A stretch of 53,556 nucleotides of DNA from Abditibacteriaceae bacterium (GTDB lineage Bacteria > Armatimonadota > Abditibacteriia > Abditibacteriales > Abditibacteriaceae), in the NCBI GenBank assembly GCA_031372065.1, contig JANMKN010000350.1, forward strand, positions 1 through 53,556, given 5' to 3'. The notes under the pieces were generated by a model that did not search any database, had not been told where the DNA came from, and saw nothing but the letters and a program-made list of their open reading frames with translations. This document shows positions 36,227 to 46,120 of the stretch, piece after piece; the first letter of the stretch is position 1, and each line of letters begins with the position of its first letter. The position numbers and the translations under genes were made by a program.

Positions 36227-37052
36227 CCGCGTCGTCAAACGCGCCGCGCAAATAACGCAGCGTTTCACGCGTGAGTGTTTGCGCGTCGGGCCAATAATCG
36301 AACGGTTCAACCGAAACCCAAGAATTATATTTCACGTCGCGCAAAGCCTTGGCGATGGCATAGAAATCGGTTTCGCCATAGCCCGGCGCGCGGCGGTTGG
36401 CATCGTTGGCGTGAAAATGCGCGATGCCCTGCCCGACTTGGCGAATCGTTTCTTGCGGTGGGCGCGCTTCGGCGCTGAGACTTTTGGCATCCAACATCAA
36501 ACGCACGTTGGGATGATTGATTTCTTCGACTAAGCGCGCCGCTTCGCGGGCCGTCTGAATGAAATCGCAATCGGGAGGCGGCAAGGCTTCGGGGCACAAA
36601 AGGACCTTTCGCGCTTGCAAATGCGGCGCGAGAAATTGAAAAGTTTCCTTTGTTCGCTGCCATGCTCCCGCAAAATCGCCTTCTTCCAAATGCCGCTGAT
36701 GATGCGAACCAAGAACCATAATTTGCGCGCCCAAATCGCCCGCGAAATCAATTAAAGCTGATAGATAATCACGGGTTTGCAAACGCAATTTGTCATCGCG
36801 CGAATGCAAATGCAAACCTTGGGGGGACACCAAAAGCCAATGCAGCGCCACGATTTCGAGGCCGCAATCTTCCGCGATTTTCTTGATATTTTCCCGCTGC
36901 GTCGTCTCAATTTCATGGACACTTTCGGCAAAGGTAAACGGCGCCACTTCAATGCCTTCATAGCCGCACGACGCGACGAACTGACAAAGGCCGCGCCAAT
37001 CCTCAAGCGATTGACGCGGCCCAAAAACTTCGTTGCAAATAGCGAAATTCAT
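36222..37052 (-). CDS. Sugar phosphate isomerase/epimerase (D-tagatose/psicose 3-epimerase-like TIM barrel)
   Basis: GYEGIEVAPF, LCPEAL, LMLD, HFHAND.NRRAPGYG, WVSVEPF. Confidence 0.88.
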   Translation of the reverse strand: MNFAICNEVFGPRQSLEDWRGLCQFVASCGYEGIEVAPFTFAESVHEIETTQRENIKKIAEDCGLEIVALHWLLVSPQGLHLHSRDDKLRLQTRDYLSALIDFAGDLGAQIMVLGSHHQRHLEEGDFAGAWQRTKETFQFLAPHLQARKVLLCPEALPPPDCDFIQTAREAARLVEEINHPNVRLMLDAKSLSAEARPPQETIRQVGQGIAHFHANDANRRAPGYGETDFYAIAKALRDVKYNSWVSVEPFDYWPDAQTLTRETLRYLRGAFDDAA

Positions 37053-37054
37053 TT

Positions 37055-38452
37055 CTATTTCGGCTGCGCTTTAAAAGTCAATAAATTAGCGCCAGTTTGC
37101 GTGTCCCAAACACGAACTTCGCCATCAAACGCGCCGCTGATGAGACGGTTGTGGGCCGCGTCGTAATCGAGGGCAAAAACCCAGTCGGTGTGACCTTTGA
37201 AAACGCGCGTTTCTTTTAAATTCTCCAAGTCGAATTGCTTGATTGTGCCATCGCCCGACGCGGCAAAAGCCATGTTACCGCGCACGATGAGCGCGAAAAC
37301 TTCGGCACCAAAACCGTGTTCAATATAACGCGCGCTGCCTTGCTTGGAAAAGCGGTCTTCCATGTCGGCAGCGGTGCCGTTTTCTTCGGCGGTTTTGATC
37401 GGATTCCACAGTTGCAGCCATTTGCCGCCACCGGCGCTAACAGCCAGCGGCGTGCCTTTTTCAAACTGCACACCATAAACCGGGGCCTGTCCGCGATACT
37501 GCCCGATTTGTCGGTTGTGCCCGCCATAAGTGGTAAACAAAGTGCCACTTTGGGCTTCGTAAACTTTCACCGTCATGTCTTTGCTGGACGAGGCCAAAAA
37601 GCGCCCGTCGTCGCTGAAACCCAGCCCTGTCACCCAATCGGCATGGACTTTATTTGTCCACAAACGCAGGCCGTTTTGCGTTTGGTAGGCGCGCACTCCG
37701 GCATCGGCGCCGCCCGCCGCGATAAGAGTGCCATCAGCGTTGAAAGAGGCACATAAAGCGATGTCGCCAAACGTGTCGAGCGTTTTTATTTTGCCGGTTT
37801 GCGGCTCAATTAAAGAGACTTCGCCATATTCACCCGGCGTGCCGCCCGCCACGAGAAGCTGTTTGCCATCGGGCGAAAAAATCAAACTTTGAATGCGCTG
37901 CGGCAAGTGCCCGATGCGCCGCAAAAGCGCGCCATTTTGCGGATTCCAAACCGTAATTTCGTTGTAGCCAGCCGCGAAAATTTCCTGTCCATCCGGCGAA
38001 AAGGCCAGCGCTGTCACAGCAACAGGCACGCGATATTTTTGCGGCGCATCGGGATGCTTTCGCGGCCCCAACAAACTTTTGAGCGGCGCGGTGGCGTCGC
38101 CGCCATCGAATTTCGCGCCTTCTTTGATCCATTGGCGCACGCTTTGAATATCGCTGGGCGAAAGCGGGTCGTCAGCTTGCGGCATCCGCTCGTTTTCATC
38201 CGTTGTGACAAGGCGGCGCAGCAATTCCGATTTATCCGGCTGCCCGGCGACAATCATCGCTTTGCCGGACGCGCCGGTTTTTTGCAAAAATTCAAACGTA
38301 GTGGTGCGATAGCCGCCCGCGTTGCGCTTATCGCCGTGACAACCGGCACAACGGCTCACCAGCATCGGCGCGACATCGCGCACAAACGAAACCTGCGCCA
38401 GCGCGGGCCGCAAAATTCCGAGGAACAAAACAAAAAGTAAAAAGCGCTTCAT
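37055..38452 (-). CDS. Planctomycete cytochrome c domain + WD40 repeat protein
   Basis: VSFVRDVAPML..RCAGCH, RMP, WIKEGA; several WD40 repeats (AFSPDG, GHTDWV...VRVWD). Confidence 0.9.
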   Translation of the reverse strand: MKRFLLFVLFLGILRPALAQVSFVRDVAPMLVSRCAGCHGDKRNAGGYRTTTFEFLQKTGASGKAMIVAGQPDKSELLRRLVTTDENERMPQADDPLSPSDIQSVRQWIKEGAKFDGGDATAPLKSLLGPRKHPDAPQKYRVPVAVTALAFSPDGQEIFAAGYNEITVWNPQNGALLRRIGHLPQRIQSLIFSPDGKQLLVAGGTPGEYGEVSLIEPQTGKIKTLDTFGDIALCASFNADGTLIAAGGADAGVRAYQTQNGLRLWTNKVHADWVTGLGFSDDGRFLASSSKDMTVKVYEAQSGTLFTTYGGHNRQIGQYRGQAPVYGVQFEKGTPLAVSAGGGKWLQLWNPIKTAEENGTAADMEDRFSKQGSARYIEHGFGAEVFALIVRGNMAFAASGDGTIKQFDLENLKETRVFKGHTDWVFALDYDAAHNRLISGAFDGEVRVWDTQTGANLLTFKAQPK

Positions 38453-38461
38453 GTGATTTTT

Positions 38462-38556
38462 ATAGAACGCAAATTACGCAAATGATCGCGAATTTTCGCT
38501 AATTCTCTTTGAAATATTTCGTAAATTTGCGCCAATTCGCGTCATTTGCGTTCTAT
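38462..38556. repeat. Long imperfect palindrome (about 37-bp arms) built of CGC(A/G)AAT sub-repeats
   Basis: ATAGAACGCAAATTACGCAAATGATCGCGAATTTTCG ... CGTAAATTTGCGCCAATTCGCGTCATTTGCGTTCTAT. Confidence 0.8.
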
Positions 38557-38563
38557 TTTTCCG

Positions 38564-41500
38564 CTAATGTTGAAACAAAAATTCGCGCGTGTTGGTGACA
38601 GTCCAAATCAAATCCGTGACCGCCGTTTTGCGATCAGGCGTTTTGGCTAAGAAGGATTTAGCAACCCCAATTTCTTTCGCCGTCGGAAAGCGAGCGAGCG
38701 CTGATAAATAGAGTTCTTCGATGAGTTTTTGGTCATCGAATTTCATGTATTTATCCGCGCCGGAACTGGCGGCTTGTTGTGCCATATCACCGTTTAAAAG
38801 TTCAAGGGCTTGCAACAGCGTCGGCGAATTGGTGCGCTCGCAGGTGCAAGCCGTTTCGCGTTTGGGTTGACCAAAAGCGGTGGCAAAAGTCGAATCGGCG
38901 GGATACAAACGCTGCGTGGCATAATCCGAGCGGTTTTCCAATTGTGTGATTTGCGCGTTCAAACTGTTCAAGTTTTTGTCAGCCTCAAAATACGCTTCGT
39001 GCAATAAATTCTTTTGTTCTTCGCTGCGTTTATCGTTGGGCAGCGCCAAAATTTCAACGGCGTGCGGTGGCAAATTGAGATTGTTTTTAAAAGTCTCGTC
39101 TGCGCGAAAAGAGAAGTTCGCTTCGCCGCCGCCATTGACGATTTTGAGCAGTAAATCGTTATCGCCCGGCTGCAATTCGAGTTTCACTTTTTGGCCGTTA
39201 TTGAATGGATTTTTTGTAGCTTCTTTGCCGTTCAGCCACAGTCGCCCTCGTTCGTCGGGATCAATTTGCACTTCAAGAGTTTGCGCTTTGGCGCTATAAA
39301 TTCTGCGACCTAAATAATGCACCTGATTGTTGTCGGTGGAAAGATTGTTCTTGCGATTATCTTCCAAATCGGGCCGCAGTTGCCAACCGGAATTTTCAAA
39401 GCGTGCTGATAAATCAATCGGAAACTTTTCGGGTGCCAAAGCGGTTTCGACAGCTTTCTCGAAATCGCTGTGCGCAAACGGCCCGGCGAGAAACCAACCA
39501 CCGGCGCGCAACGGCAATTGTGCGACTTCATTCTGCGCGCCGGGCAGCCATGTTTTGTAATCGTTTTCCAATTCGGCGCGGCGCTTTTCGGCGCGCTTTT
39601 GATAATCCTGCAAACTGGGTTCGATGGTTTCTGCATCCGGCAGCGAACGCGTTGCCAATCGCAGCGCGTCGCGCAATTGCTCGGCGCTTAAAAGACGGAC
39701 GCGCGCATGAGAAAATAAGGTTTCGTCTGTGACGTTAAAGTCATTAGTTTGGGTGGTGCGTTGATAAGTTTGGCTGTTGCAAATCAGACGCATGATATGC
39801 TTGCGGTCATAACCGCTTTTGATAAATTCGGCAGCCAGCGCCTCTAAAAGCGGCACGTTGGACGGCGGATTGGAAGAACGAAAATCATCAACCGCTTCGA
39901 CAATGCCGCGCCCGATTAAATCGGCCCAAATGCGATTGACTTCCACGCGCGCAAACAGCGGATTATCGGGCTTGGTGAGCCAATCGGCAAACAAGGCGCG
40001 GCGATCTGTTTTGGCTTGCGTTTTTTCGTCGGTCAGTCCCCACGGTTTCATGCGCTCGCCCGAAGTGGGCAACAAAACCTCGCCAGAATTGACCGCTTTG
40101 ATTTCGCCTTTTTCGGCTTTGGTGCGCGCAAAAACCGCCGTGATGCTGTAATAATCGCGCATTGTCCAGTTTTCAAAGGGATGATTATGGCAGCGCGCGC
40201 ACTCGATGCGCGAACCCATAAAAATCTGCGAGGTCATTTCGGCGCGTTCTTTTTCGTCGTCAATCGCCAGATAATAATTGGCGGGCGCTGCTTTTTTGGT
40301 GTCGCCTGAAGCGGTCAAAAGCGCGTGCGTCCATTGGTTATACGGCGTGTTTTGGCGCACGCGCTCGATAAGCCACTTCGAGAAAAGCTCGGCGCGTCCG
40401 TCTTTCAATTTGCGCGGCGAAACGCGCATTAAATCGGCTTTTTTCAAGGCCTGAAAACGCGCGAATTCTTCGCTGTCAAGCAAGGCATCAATTAACTTGG
40501 CACGCTTGTCCGGCGCGCTGATTTTCAAAAACTCACGCGTTTTTTCGGCGGTTGGCAAAAGGCCGGTTAAATCAAGATAAACGCGCCGTAAAAATTCGTC
40601 ATCGCGGCACGTTCCAGAGGGCAGATATTGCAGTTGTTTTAATTTTTCGTTGACCAACTTATCAACCCAGTTGATTTCAACAGGGTTGTTCCATTGAAAG
40701 CCTTTTACGTCTTCGATAACCGTGACATAAAGCGATTGCAGCGCGTTGAGATAGCGCACCGAAATCGCGGCCTGCCCGCGCGCTTTGCCGACGATTAAAC
40801 CATCGGCGTCCACTTCGGCCACGTCGGGATGCGACGATTCATAATGTGCCAAAGCGCTGACATCGCGCGCACTGCCATCGGAAAAATAAGCCAGCACGCT
40901 CATTTGCTGTTGAAGAAACGGCGCTTTTAAAACGCGTGCCGCGCCGGGGAAAATCACAACTTTTTCGCATTCGACAGCGGGCAAATCAACATTGGCGCCT
41001 TCGTAAATCCAATCGCGAAAAACCCGATAGGCCGTATCGGTTTTGCGCAGTTTTTTGCCGCCGCCGTGGGAGACTTCGAGCAGCGGTTTTTTGAGCATCA
41101 AACTTCCTTCCGGCTGCATAATATCAAGCCGCCGATTAAAGCCATCGCGCACCAGCGACACTTTATCAATGCGTGGATCGTAGCCGAAAAGCGACAGCGA
41201 AAAACCGCCTTTGCCATGCGGCGAACCGTGACACGAACCAGCAGAGCAGCCGTTTTTGGTCAGCGCCGCGACGGTTTCGCTTTTGAAACGAATTGGCTCG
41301 GCTTCGGCAAAATGCGAAACGCTGATCGGTAATGCTAAGTTTTTGTCGCCAAACGAAATCGTCAGGCGCGTGTTGCCATCATTAAGGGGATGGACTCGGC
41401 CTTTTTGCAGGCTCGCAATTTTTTCATCGGCCACGCGAAAAATCGCGCTTTGCGTCACATCGCGCGCCGCACCGTTGAAGTAGGCCGTGACGACCAACTG

Positions 41501-41683
41501 GCGATAAGCGCGGCGGCTTTCGAGTTTAATTTCGCTCACATTGGCTTCGAGGCGCTCGGCTTTTGGCAGCGCAGGTAGCAGCGCAGGCACCGTTTTAACA
41601 ACAGGCTTTTGCAGCGGCGTTGCCGCATAGCCAAAGGATGCATGGCCCAGCGCGGCGAGGAGAATTGTGAGGCAGTTTCGCAT
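38564..41683 (-). CDS. DUF1549/DUF1553 protein with Ig-like (Big_2) domains
   Basis: Signal peptide from ATG 41683; GCSAGSCHG..GKGGFSLSLFG, FLRRVYLDLTG, CARCHNHPFE, GRGIVE.VDD, CTCER, TLLQAL, EFLFQH. Confidence 0.9.
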   Translation of the reverse strand: MRNCLTILLAALGHASFGYAATPLQKPVVKTVPALLPALPKAERLEANVSEIKLESRRAYRQLVVTAYFNGAARDVTQSAIFRVADEKIASLQKGRVHPLNDGNTRLTISFGDKNLALPISVSHFAEAEPIRFKSETVAALTKNGCSAGSCHGSPHGKGGFSLSLFGYDPRIDKVSLVRDGFNRRLDIMQPEGSLMLKKPLLEVSHGGGKKLRKTDTAYRVFRDWIYEGANVDLPAVECEKVVIFPGAARVLKAPFLQQQMSVLAYFSDGSARDVSALAHYESSHPDVAEVDADGLIVGKARGQAAISVRYLNALQSLYVTVIEDVKGFQWNNPVEINWVDKLVNEKLKQLQYLPSGTCRDDEFLRRVYLDLTGLLPTAEKTREFLKISAPDKRAKLIDALLDSEEFARFQALKKADLMRVSPRKLKDGRAELFSKWLIERVRQNTPYNQWTHALLTASGDTKKAAPANYYLAIDDEKERAEMTSQIFMGSRIECARCHNHPFENWTMRDYYSITAVFARTKAEKGEIKAVNSGEVLLPTSGERMKPWGLTDEKTQAKTDRRALFADWLTKPDNPLFARVEVNRIWADLIGRGIVEAVDDFRSSNPPSNVPLLEALAAEFIKSGYDRKHIMRLICNSQTYQRTTQTNDFNVTDETLFSHARVRLLSAEQLRDALRLATRSLPDAETIEPSLQDYQKRAEKRRAELENDYKTWLPGAQNEVAQLPLRAGGWFLAGPFAHSDFEKAVETALAPEKFPIDLSARFENSGWQLRPDLEDNRKNNLSTDNNQVHYLGRRIYSAKAQTLEVQIDPDERGRLWLNGKEATKNPFNNGQKVKLELQPGDNDLLLKIVNGGGEANFSFRADETFKNNLNLPPHAVEILALPNDKRSEEQKNLLHEAYFEADKNLNSLNAQITQLENRSDYATQRLYPADSTFATAFGQPKRETACTCERTNSPTLLQALELLNGDMAQQAASSGADKYMKFDDQKLIEELYLSALARFPTAKEIGVAKSFLAKTPDRKTAVTDLIWTVTNTREFLFQH

Positions 41684-41699
41684 GAGGGAAATGAGAATC

Positions 41700-41764
41700 A
41701 TGGAGCGCGGGCCTCTTGCCCGCATTTTTCGTTTTCCATTGCGGGCGAGACGCCCGCGCTCCAT
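41700..41764. repeat. REP-like GC-rich palindromic element
   Basis: ATGGAGCGCGGGCCTCTTGCCCGCA-N15-TGCGGGCGAGACGCCCGCGCTCCAT; each arm also has an internal hairpin. Confidence 0.8.
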
Positions 41765-41768
41765 AGGT

Positions 41769-43199
41769 TTAAAACAATTCGGGAATCGGCTTGCCTTTGG
41801 CGGCCAAATAAATCGGGCGTCCGCTGGGCATATGCAACGGCTTGCTGCGGTCAATGCCGAGTTTTTCGTAAATCGTTGCGGCGTAATCTTCCAAGGTGTA
41901 AGCCATCGAACTGGTGATATAACCGCCTTCTTTGTCAGTTGAGCCGACGACTTGACCGCCCGGCACACCGGCACCAGCAAAAGCGAAGCTAAAAGCGTTC
42001 GTCCAATGGTCACGGCCCTGTCGTTCGTTCATTTTCGGCGTGCGGCCAAATTCCGTCACGAAACAAAGTAGCGTGTCATCCAATAAGCCGCGCTGATCCA
42101 TGTCTTCGATTAACGCAGCTAAGGCTTGATCGGTAGAACCCATCATCGGCCAAGTGGCGATGCCGTAGCGTCCGGCGCCCGCACCGCCATTGGGCACATT
42201 GGTGTGGCTTTTGGAATAAATCGCGTCGTGGTGATCCCAGTTCATGTTACCGCCGCCGTCGAAGCGTGTGGCTTTGCCGTCCACAAAGGTGTCCATCGGT
42301 TCGCGGCTATCCACCATGACATAACGCACGCCCGCTTCGATGAGTTTGCGGCCCAAAAGATAGCACTGCCCGCGATGGCCCATGCCATATTTTTCGCGCA
42401 TTTGTGGCGTTTCGCTTTCCAGATCGAAGGCTTTACGCGTCAGGGGGTTGGTCAGCATATCTTCGGCCTGTCCCATCAGCGATTGCATGGCCGCAGCGTC
42501 TTTCGAGCCGCCGACGTTGACGAAACCGACATCTAAGGAACTAAGCAGGTCTTTGCGATTTTTGAAGCGGCCTTCGTCAATGCCCGCCATGAGGCCGAGG
42601 TTCGGCACGCGCCAATCGGGTTTGGCCGGGCTGCCGCCGGTTTTGAAACAGGTGTAACCTGGCGGCAAAAAACCCACTGATGTTAGATGGCCCATTTCGC
42701 TGGTGCCGGGCACCATGATATTGGAAGGCAAATATAGCGCTTCGGTGCCGAGTTTGGAGGCCAAAACCGAGCCGATATCGGGCATTTCCACCGGGCCGCC
42801 GGGCGCTTCGCCGGTGTAAATATATTGCGCGCCTTTGGGGTGCGAATTGCCGATGCCGGGCGTCGGCTGAATCATGCAGCGCACGACAGTCAGTTTGTCA
42901 GCGAACTTGGCGGTTTTAGAAAGCAGTTCGGTGAACTGCATTCCCGGCACTTTGGTGCCAACTGGCTTGAAGGGGCTGCGATGTTCAAGCGGCGCATCGG
43001 GTTTTGGGTCCCAAGTGTCAATGTGCGACAAGCCGCCCTGCTCGAAAATCACCAATACCCTTTTGGCCCGCGCACCGCGTTTTTCGGGCGCGGGCGCGGC
43101 GATAGCATCCAAGCCGGTCAGCGCCGTGACCAGACTGCCCACACCAAGCCCGATAAAACTGCGCCGCCCCAAGCGTGTGCCGAAATGTTCGTGTTCCAT
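41769..43199 (-). CDS. DUF1501 family protein (Tat-exported)
   Basis: AGGAGG RBS; GRRSFI; GGLSHIDTWDPKP, WDHH, EFGRTPK, GRDHW. Confidence 0.9.
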   Translation of the reverse strand: MEHEHFGTRLGRRSFIGLGVGSLVTALTGLDAIAAPAPEKRGARAKRVLVIFEQGGLSHIDTWDPKPDAPLEHRSPFKPVGTKVPGMQFTELLSKTAKFADKLTVVRCMIQPTPGIGNSHPKGAQYIYTGEAPGGPVEMPDIGSVLASKLGTEALYLPSNIMVPGTSEMGHLTSVGFLPPGYTCFKTGGSPAKPDWRVPNLGLMAGIDEGRFKNRKDLLSSLDVGFVNVGGSKDAAAMQSLMGQAEDMLTNPLTRKAFDLESETPQMREKYGMGHRGQCYLLGRKLIEAGVRYVMVDSREPMDTFVDGKATRFDGGGNMNWDHHDAIYSKSHTNVPNGGAGAGRYGIATWPMMGSTDQALAALIEDMDQRGLLDDTLLCFVTEFGRTPKMNERQGRDHWTNAFSFAFAGAGVPGGQVVGSTDKEGGYITSSMAYTLEDYAATIYEKLGIDRSKPLHMPSGRPIYLAAKGKPIPELF

Positions 43200-43572
43200 G
43201 CGTCTTTTTCGCCTCCTGTCACCATGTCAATTTAACAGCATTGCGCCTCAAATTCGATGAAACGCCCGCCACGAAGTTGCGCCCTCGCAACCCACAGGCC
43301 GCACTTTGCTCGAAAGAGTATCATTTCTTAAGGTGCCAAAGAACTGGTGTCGAAAACCGATCTTAAAGCAGGCGCCACGAAAAAAGTTGGGCCACGTTCG
43401 ACGGTGGTGTTTTATTCGGGTTAAACCCTTTGCATTCAGCACCCCAATTTAGAATTCATTATTTACTTGTTAGCCAATGCAGAGAATCAGACTATATCAG
43501 CCCTTGATGAACTTCTCTTTGAAACAGAAAAGGGTCATCATAAAGTTGCATAACCGTTGGAACAACACAATC

Positions 43573-43815
43573 ATGCAGCGGCATTGCTTTCGGCTCAAGG
43601 ACGGCACGATTTACGAAGGTTATATTGATGAAATCAGGAAAGACAGAATTGTCTTTTTCCCAGCGCCTGGTCCCATGTTTTACGATGATGTCGAGGTCGA
43701 AATTCCAATTGATGATATTACCCTCATCATCTACTACAACGACGACGGTGAGCAGAAAGGGAAATTCTGGGATTTCCTGAGAATAACAAGCTATACAAAA
43801 GAGCCAACTTTATAA
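43573..43815 (+). CDS. Small hypothetical protein (possibly Sm/LSm-like beta fold)
   Basis: FRLKDGTIYEGYIDEI...EIPIDDI pattern; AT-rich; start uncertain. Confidence 0.5.
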   Translation: MQRHCFRLKDGTIYEGYIDEIRKDRIVFFPAPGPMFYDDVEVEIPIDDITLIIYYNDDGEQKGKFWDFLRITSYTKEPTL

Positions 43816-43848
43816 ATTGCACCTTCGTAGTCAACGCGCGAATAAACA

Positions 43849-43974
43849 AAACTATCAGTTCCGACGCCAAAACTACCAACTCGGCAGCCGAAACTACCAA
43901 GTCGGCAGCCGAAACTACCAAGTCGGGAGGTGGAACTACCAAGTCGAAAGCCGAAACTACCAAAATTGGAGGGA
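43849..43974. repeat. 21-bp tandem repeat x6 (AAACTACCAAGTCGGCAGCCG consensus)
   Basis: Units start at 43849, 43870, 43891, 43912, 43933 and 43954. Confidence 0.9.
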
Positions 43975-43975
43975 C

Positions 43976-46120
43976 TTACACCAGAAAATCAATACTATGA
44001 GTGATTACTTCTTGCGTTTTCAGATAGCGCGCGGTGGCAGTGGCGGTGTGTTTTCCCGCAGCGATGTCGGGGAAATTTAAATAATAATACACATCGCGCA
44101 GGCTGCCGTTGCCGTTTTTGATTTCTTTGAGTTCCGGTTGCACTTCGGCGCCATCTAAGAGCAGGTTTTGTAATTCCACAAGCGGCGCTTTGGGCAAACC
44201 TTGCGCACTGTTTTCGCGCGCCAAGCGCACGCGCAAAGTTAGGCCTTTCGCGGGCCGCGCGGCTTCACCGGCATCTTCGGGCCGCAGAGCCACAATTGAA
44301 ATAAGCGGGCGCGCAATTTCAAGATGGTTCCACCAGCGCCATTGGTCTTCGCGCGCTTTGACGAAATCCACAACTTCGGGCGACGGGCCGTGCATCCATG
44401 TTTTGAAATCGCTGACCGCATCGTGGCGAACGGCTACGACCCAATTTTGCTTGAGCGCATTTTGCCAGCCGTTCCACGTCGGTTCTTTGGCTAAAAAGAC
44501 GGTGCGAAAACCTTCGGTCATATCAGCGAACCACCACGGCTCATCGCCGTGCGCGTCTTGCAAGGCCACAAAGGGAATTTGCCCGCGCCAGCGCTGCAAA
44601 AACGGCTCGCTGTTGAGAAAATCGGGGTTGCCGAAATGAAAAGTGCTAATCGCCGCATAACCGCCGCGCGCTAAGGAATCATCCAAATATAGGCGCGTCA
44701 GTTCCTCGTTTTCGCCGAATTGCCAGATAAGATTGCCGCCCGCTTTGCGCAAAGGCGTGAGGCGTTGTTCGCGGAAAGCCGTCCACGAAACCGCGCCTTT
44801 GTTGGAAAGTTCGGTGTTGCCCTTTTTGTTGGCGGGCGCCATGATGTCGCTGGTGTGGCTGTAAGTGCCAAGGCCGGCCACGTCCACCCAAGTGCCGTAT
44901 TCTTCGTTGCTCACGAAAAATTGCACCGGCACATTTTGCGCGTCGGCTAATTTTTGCGCTTGTTTTATCCACTGTGGCTTGGCGTTTTTCGCGCCCCACA
45001 AATGAATATTTAAAGCGCCCGCCAACTGCACGGATTCCTGCGCGCTACCGGTGCCGTGCGCTTCGATTTGGATGCTCCAAACCTTTAAATCATCGCCCAA
45101 AACCGCCCGTGGCCGCGCCGCGCCGCGCGTGATTTTTTCGATTCCTTCCAGCGAGGCCAATGTATTCAAGGCATCCAGTGCGTAATAGGTCGCTAACGGA
45201 TTGCTTTGCCAATTCGGGCGATCCGCGAAGCCGCCATCGTTGTTTGCCAACGACTGCAAATGGGCCAGAGTTTTCTCTTGGTTGCGCGGCTCGGCCCCTA
45301 AAATTTGCAAGGCCAGAAGCGCCGCGCGCGTGTAAGCCACATCGTCCGCACCGGCAAATTCCGGTTGCGGCTGATGCGTATAAGCGCCGTTATTCAACTG
45401 GCAATCGCGCAGCCAGCGCGTCGTTTCGTTGCGTTTTTCCCGCTCATGTCCCAGCACGCGCAAGGCTTCCAAGCCCCACAACGTATTGAGAATGTTGCCG
45501 TCGCCGCCATCATCGGCGGGCGTATTGTTGAAACTGCCGTTGTCGCGCCGCCGCGTCTCCAAATACGGCACATAAAACTCCTGCAAATCGTCCACAGGCA
45601 GCTTCAATAAGGCGCGGCAAGTGAAAGCGCTCACTTCGGATTTAAAAACCGGATAACCATGCTGCTCATACTGTTTCATGTAAGCGAGCGGCTTGGTGCG
45701 CGCCTTGATTTTAGGAATGAATTCGCTGGCATCAGCGCCCAACCACAGCAGACTTTGCACTTGTTGAAAATCGAAAACGCGGTGTTCCTGCTCCAATTTT
45801 TTCAATTGTTCGGGATGATGTGTTTTGATGAATTGCGCTAATTTTTCGACGTTCGGCGGCTTGCGTTTTAGCAAATTGTAGCAGCCGATAACTGAATAAG
45901 TGGGCGTGAGATGCGATTGTTCCTGATCGTCCCAACCATAGCCGCCATCGGGCCGCGCCAGAGATTCGAGATAAGTAAAAACTGAAGTGTTATTGTTTTT
46001 TGCAATGGGCGTATATTCATCGCCGCGTGCTTTGTGCGGCAAGGCCAAGCCCGCACCTGCAAGGGCCAGAGTTTTTAAAAAATCGCGGCGCCGAAAAGAC
46101 GAAAATTTGTTGCTGCTCAA
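43976..46120 (-). CDS. Tat-exported prenyltransferase/squalene-oxidase-repeat protein with uncharacterised C-terminal domain
   Basis: RRRDFLK; repeated QxxDGG(F/Y)-like motifs (RPDGGYG, RDNGSFN, QLNNGAY, NNDGGFA); TTG 46120 overlaps the upstream stop. Confidence 0.75.
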   Translation of the reverse strand: MSSNKFSSFRRRDFLKTLALAGAGLALPHKARGDEYTPIAKNNNTSVFTYLESLARPDGGYGWDDQEQSHLTPTYSVIGCYNLLKRKPPNVEKLAQFIKTHHPEQLKKLEQEHRVFDFQQVQSLLWLGADASEFIPKIKARTKPLAYMKQYEQHGYPVFKSEVSAFTCRALLKLPVDDLQEFYVPYLETRRRDNGSFNNTPADDGGDGNILNTLWGLEALRVLGHEREKRNETTRWLRDCQLNNGAYTHQPQPEFAGADDVAYTRAALLALQILGAEPRNQEKTLAHLQSLANNDGGFADRPNWQSNPLATYYALDALNTLASLEGIEKITRGAARPRAVLGDDLKVWSIQIEAHGTGSAQESVQLAGALNIHLWGAKNAKPQWIKQAQKLADAQNVPVQFFVSNEEYGTWVDVAGLGTYSHTSDIMAPANKKGNTELSNKGAVSWTAFREQRLTPLRKAGGNLIWQFGENEELTRLYLDDSLARGGYAAISTFHFGNPDFLNSEPFLQRWRGQIPFVALQDAHGDEPWWFADMTEGFRTVFLAKEPTWNGWQNALKQNWVVAVRHDAVSDFKTWMHGPSPEVVDFVKAREDQWRWWNHLEIARPLISIVALRPEDAGEAARPAKGLTLRVRLARENSAQGLPKAPLVELQNLLLDGAEVQPELKEIKNGNGSLRDVYYYLNFPDIAAGKHTATATARYLKTQEVITHSIDFLV

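Noticed and set aside
41684..42013. N-terminal extension of the 1149-aa ORF (similarly 6871-7110 and 27705-27809)
   Set aside because: Overlaps upstream genes or a REP element; signal peptides begin at the later ATGs.
43200..43445. Possible TPP or other riboswitch upstream of the DUF1501 operon (GGGGTGCTG on minus strand)
   Set aside because: The CTGAGA and other conserved TPP elements are absent; no recognisable aptamer.
43849..43974. CRISPR array interpretation of the 21-bp repeats (also 36001-36226)
   Set aside because: Unit length is far too short, there are no unique ~30-nt spacers and no cas genes.
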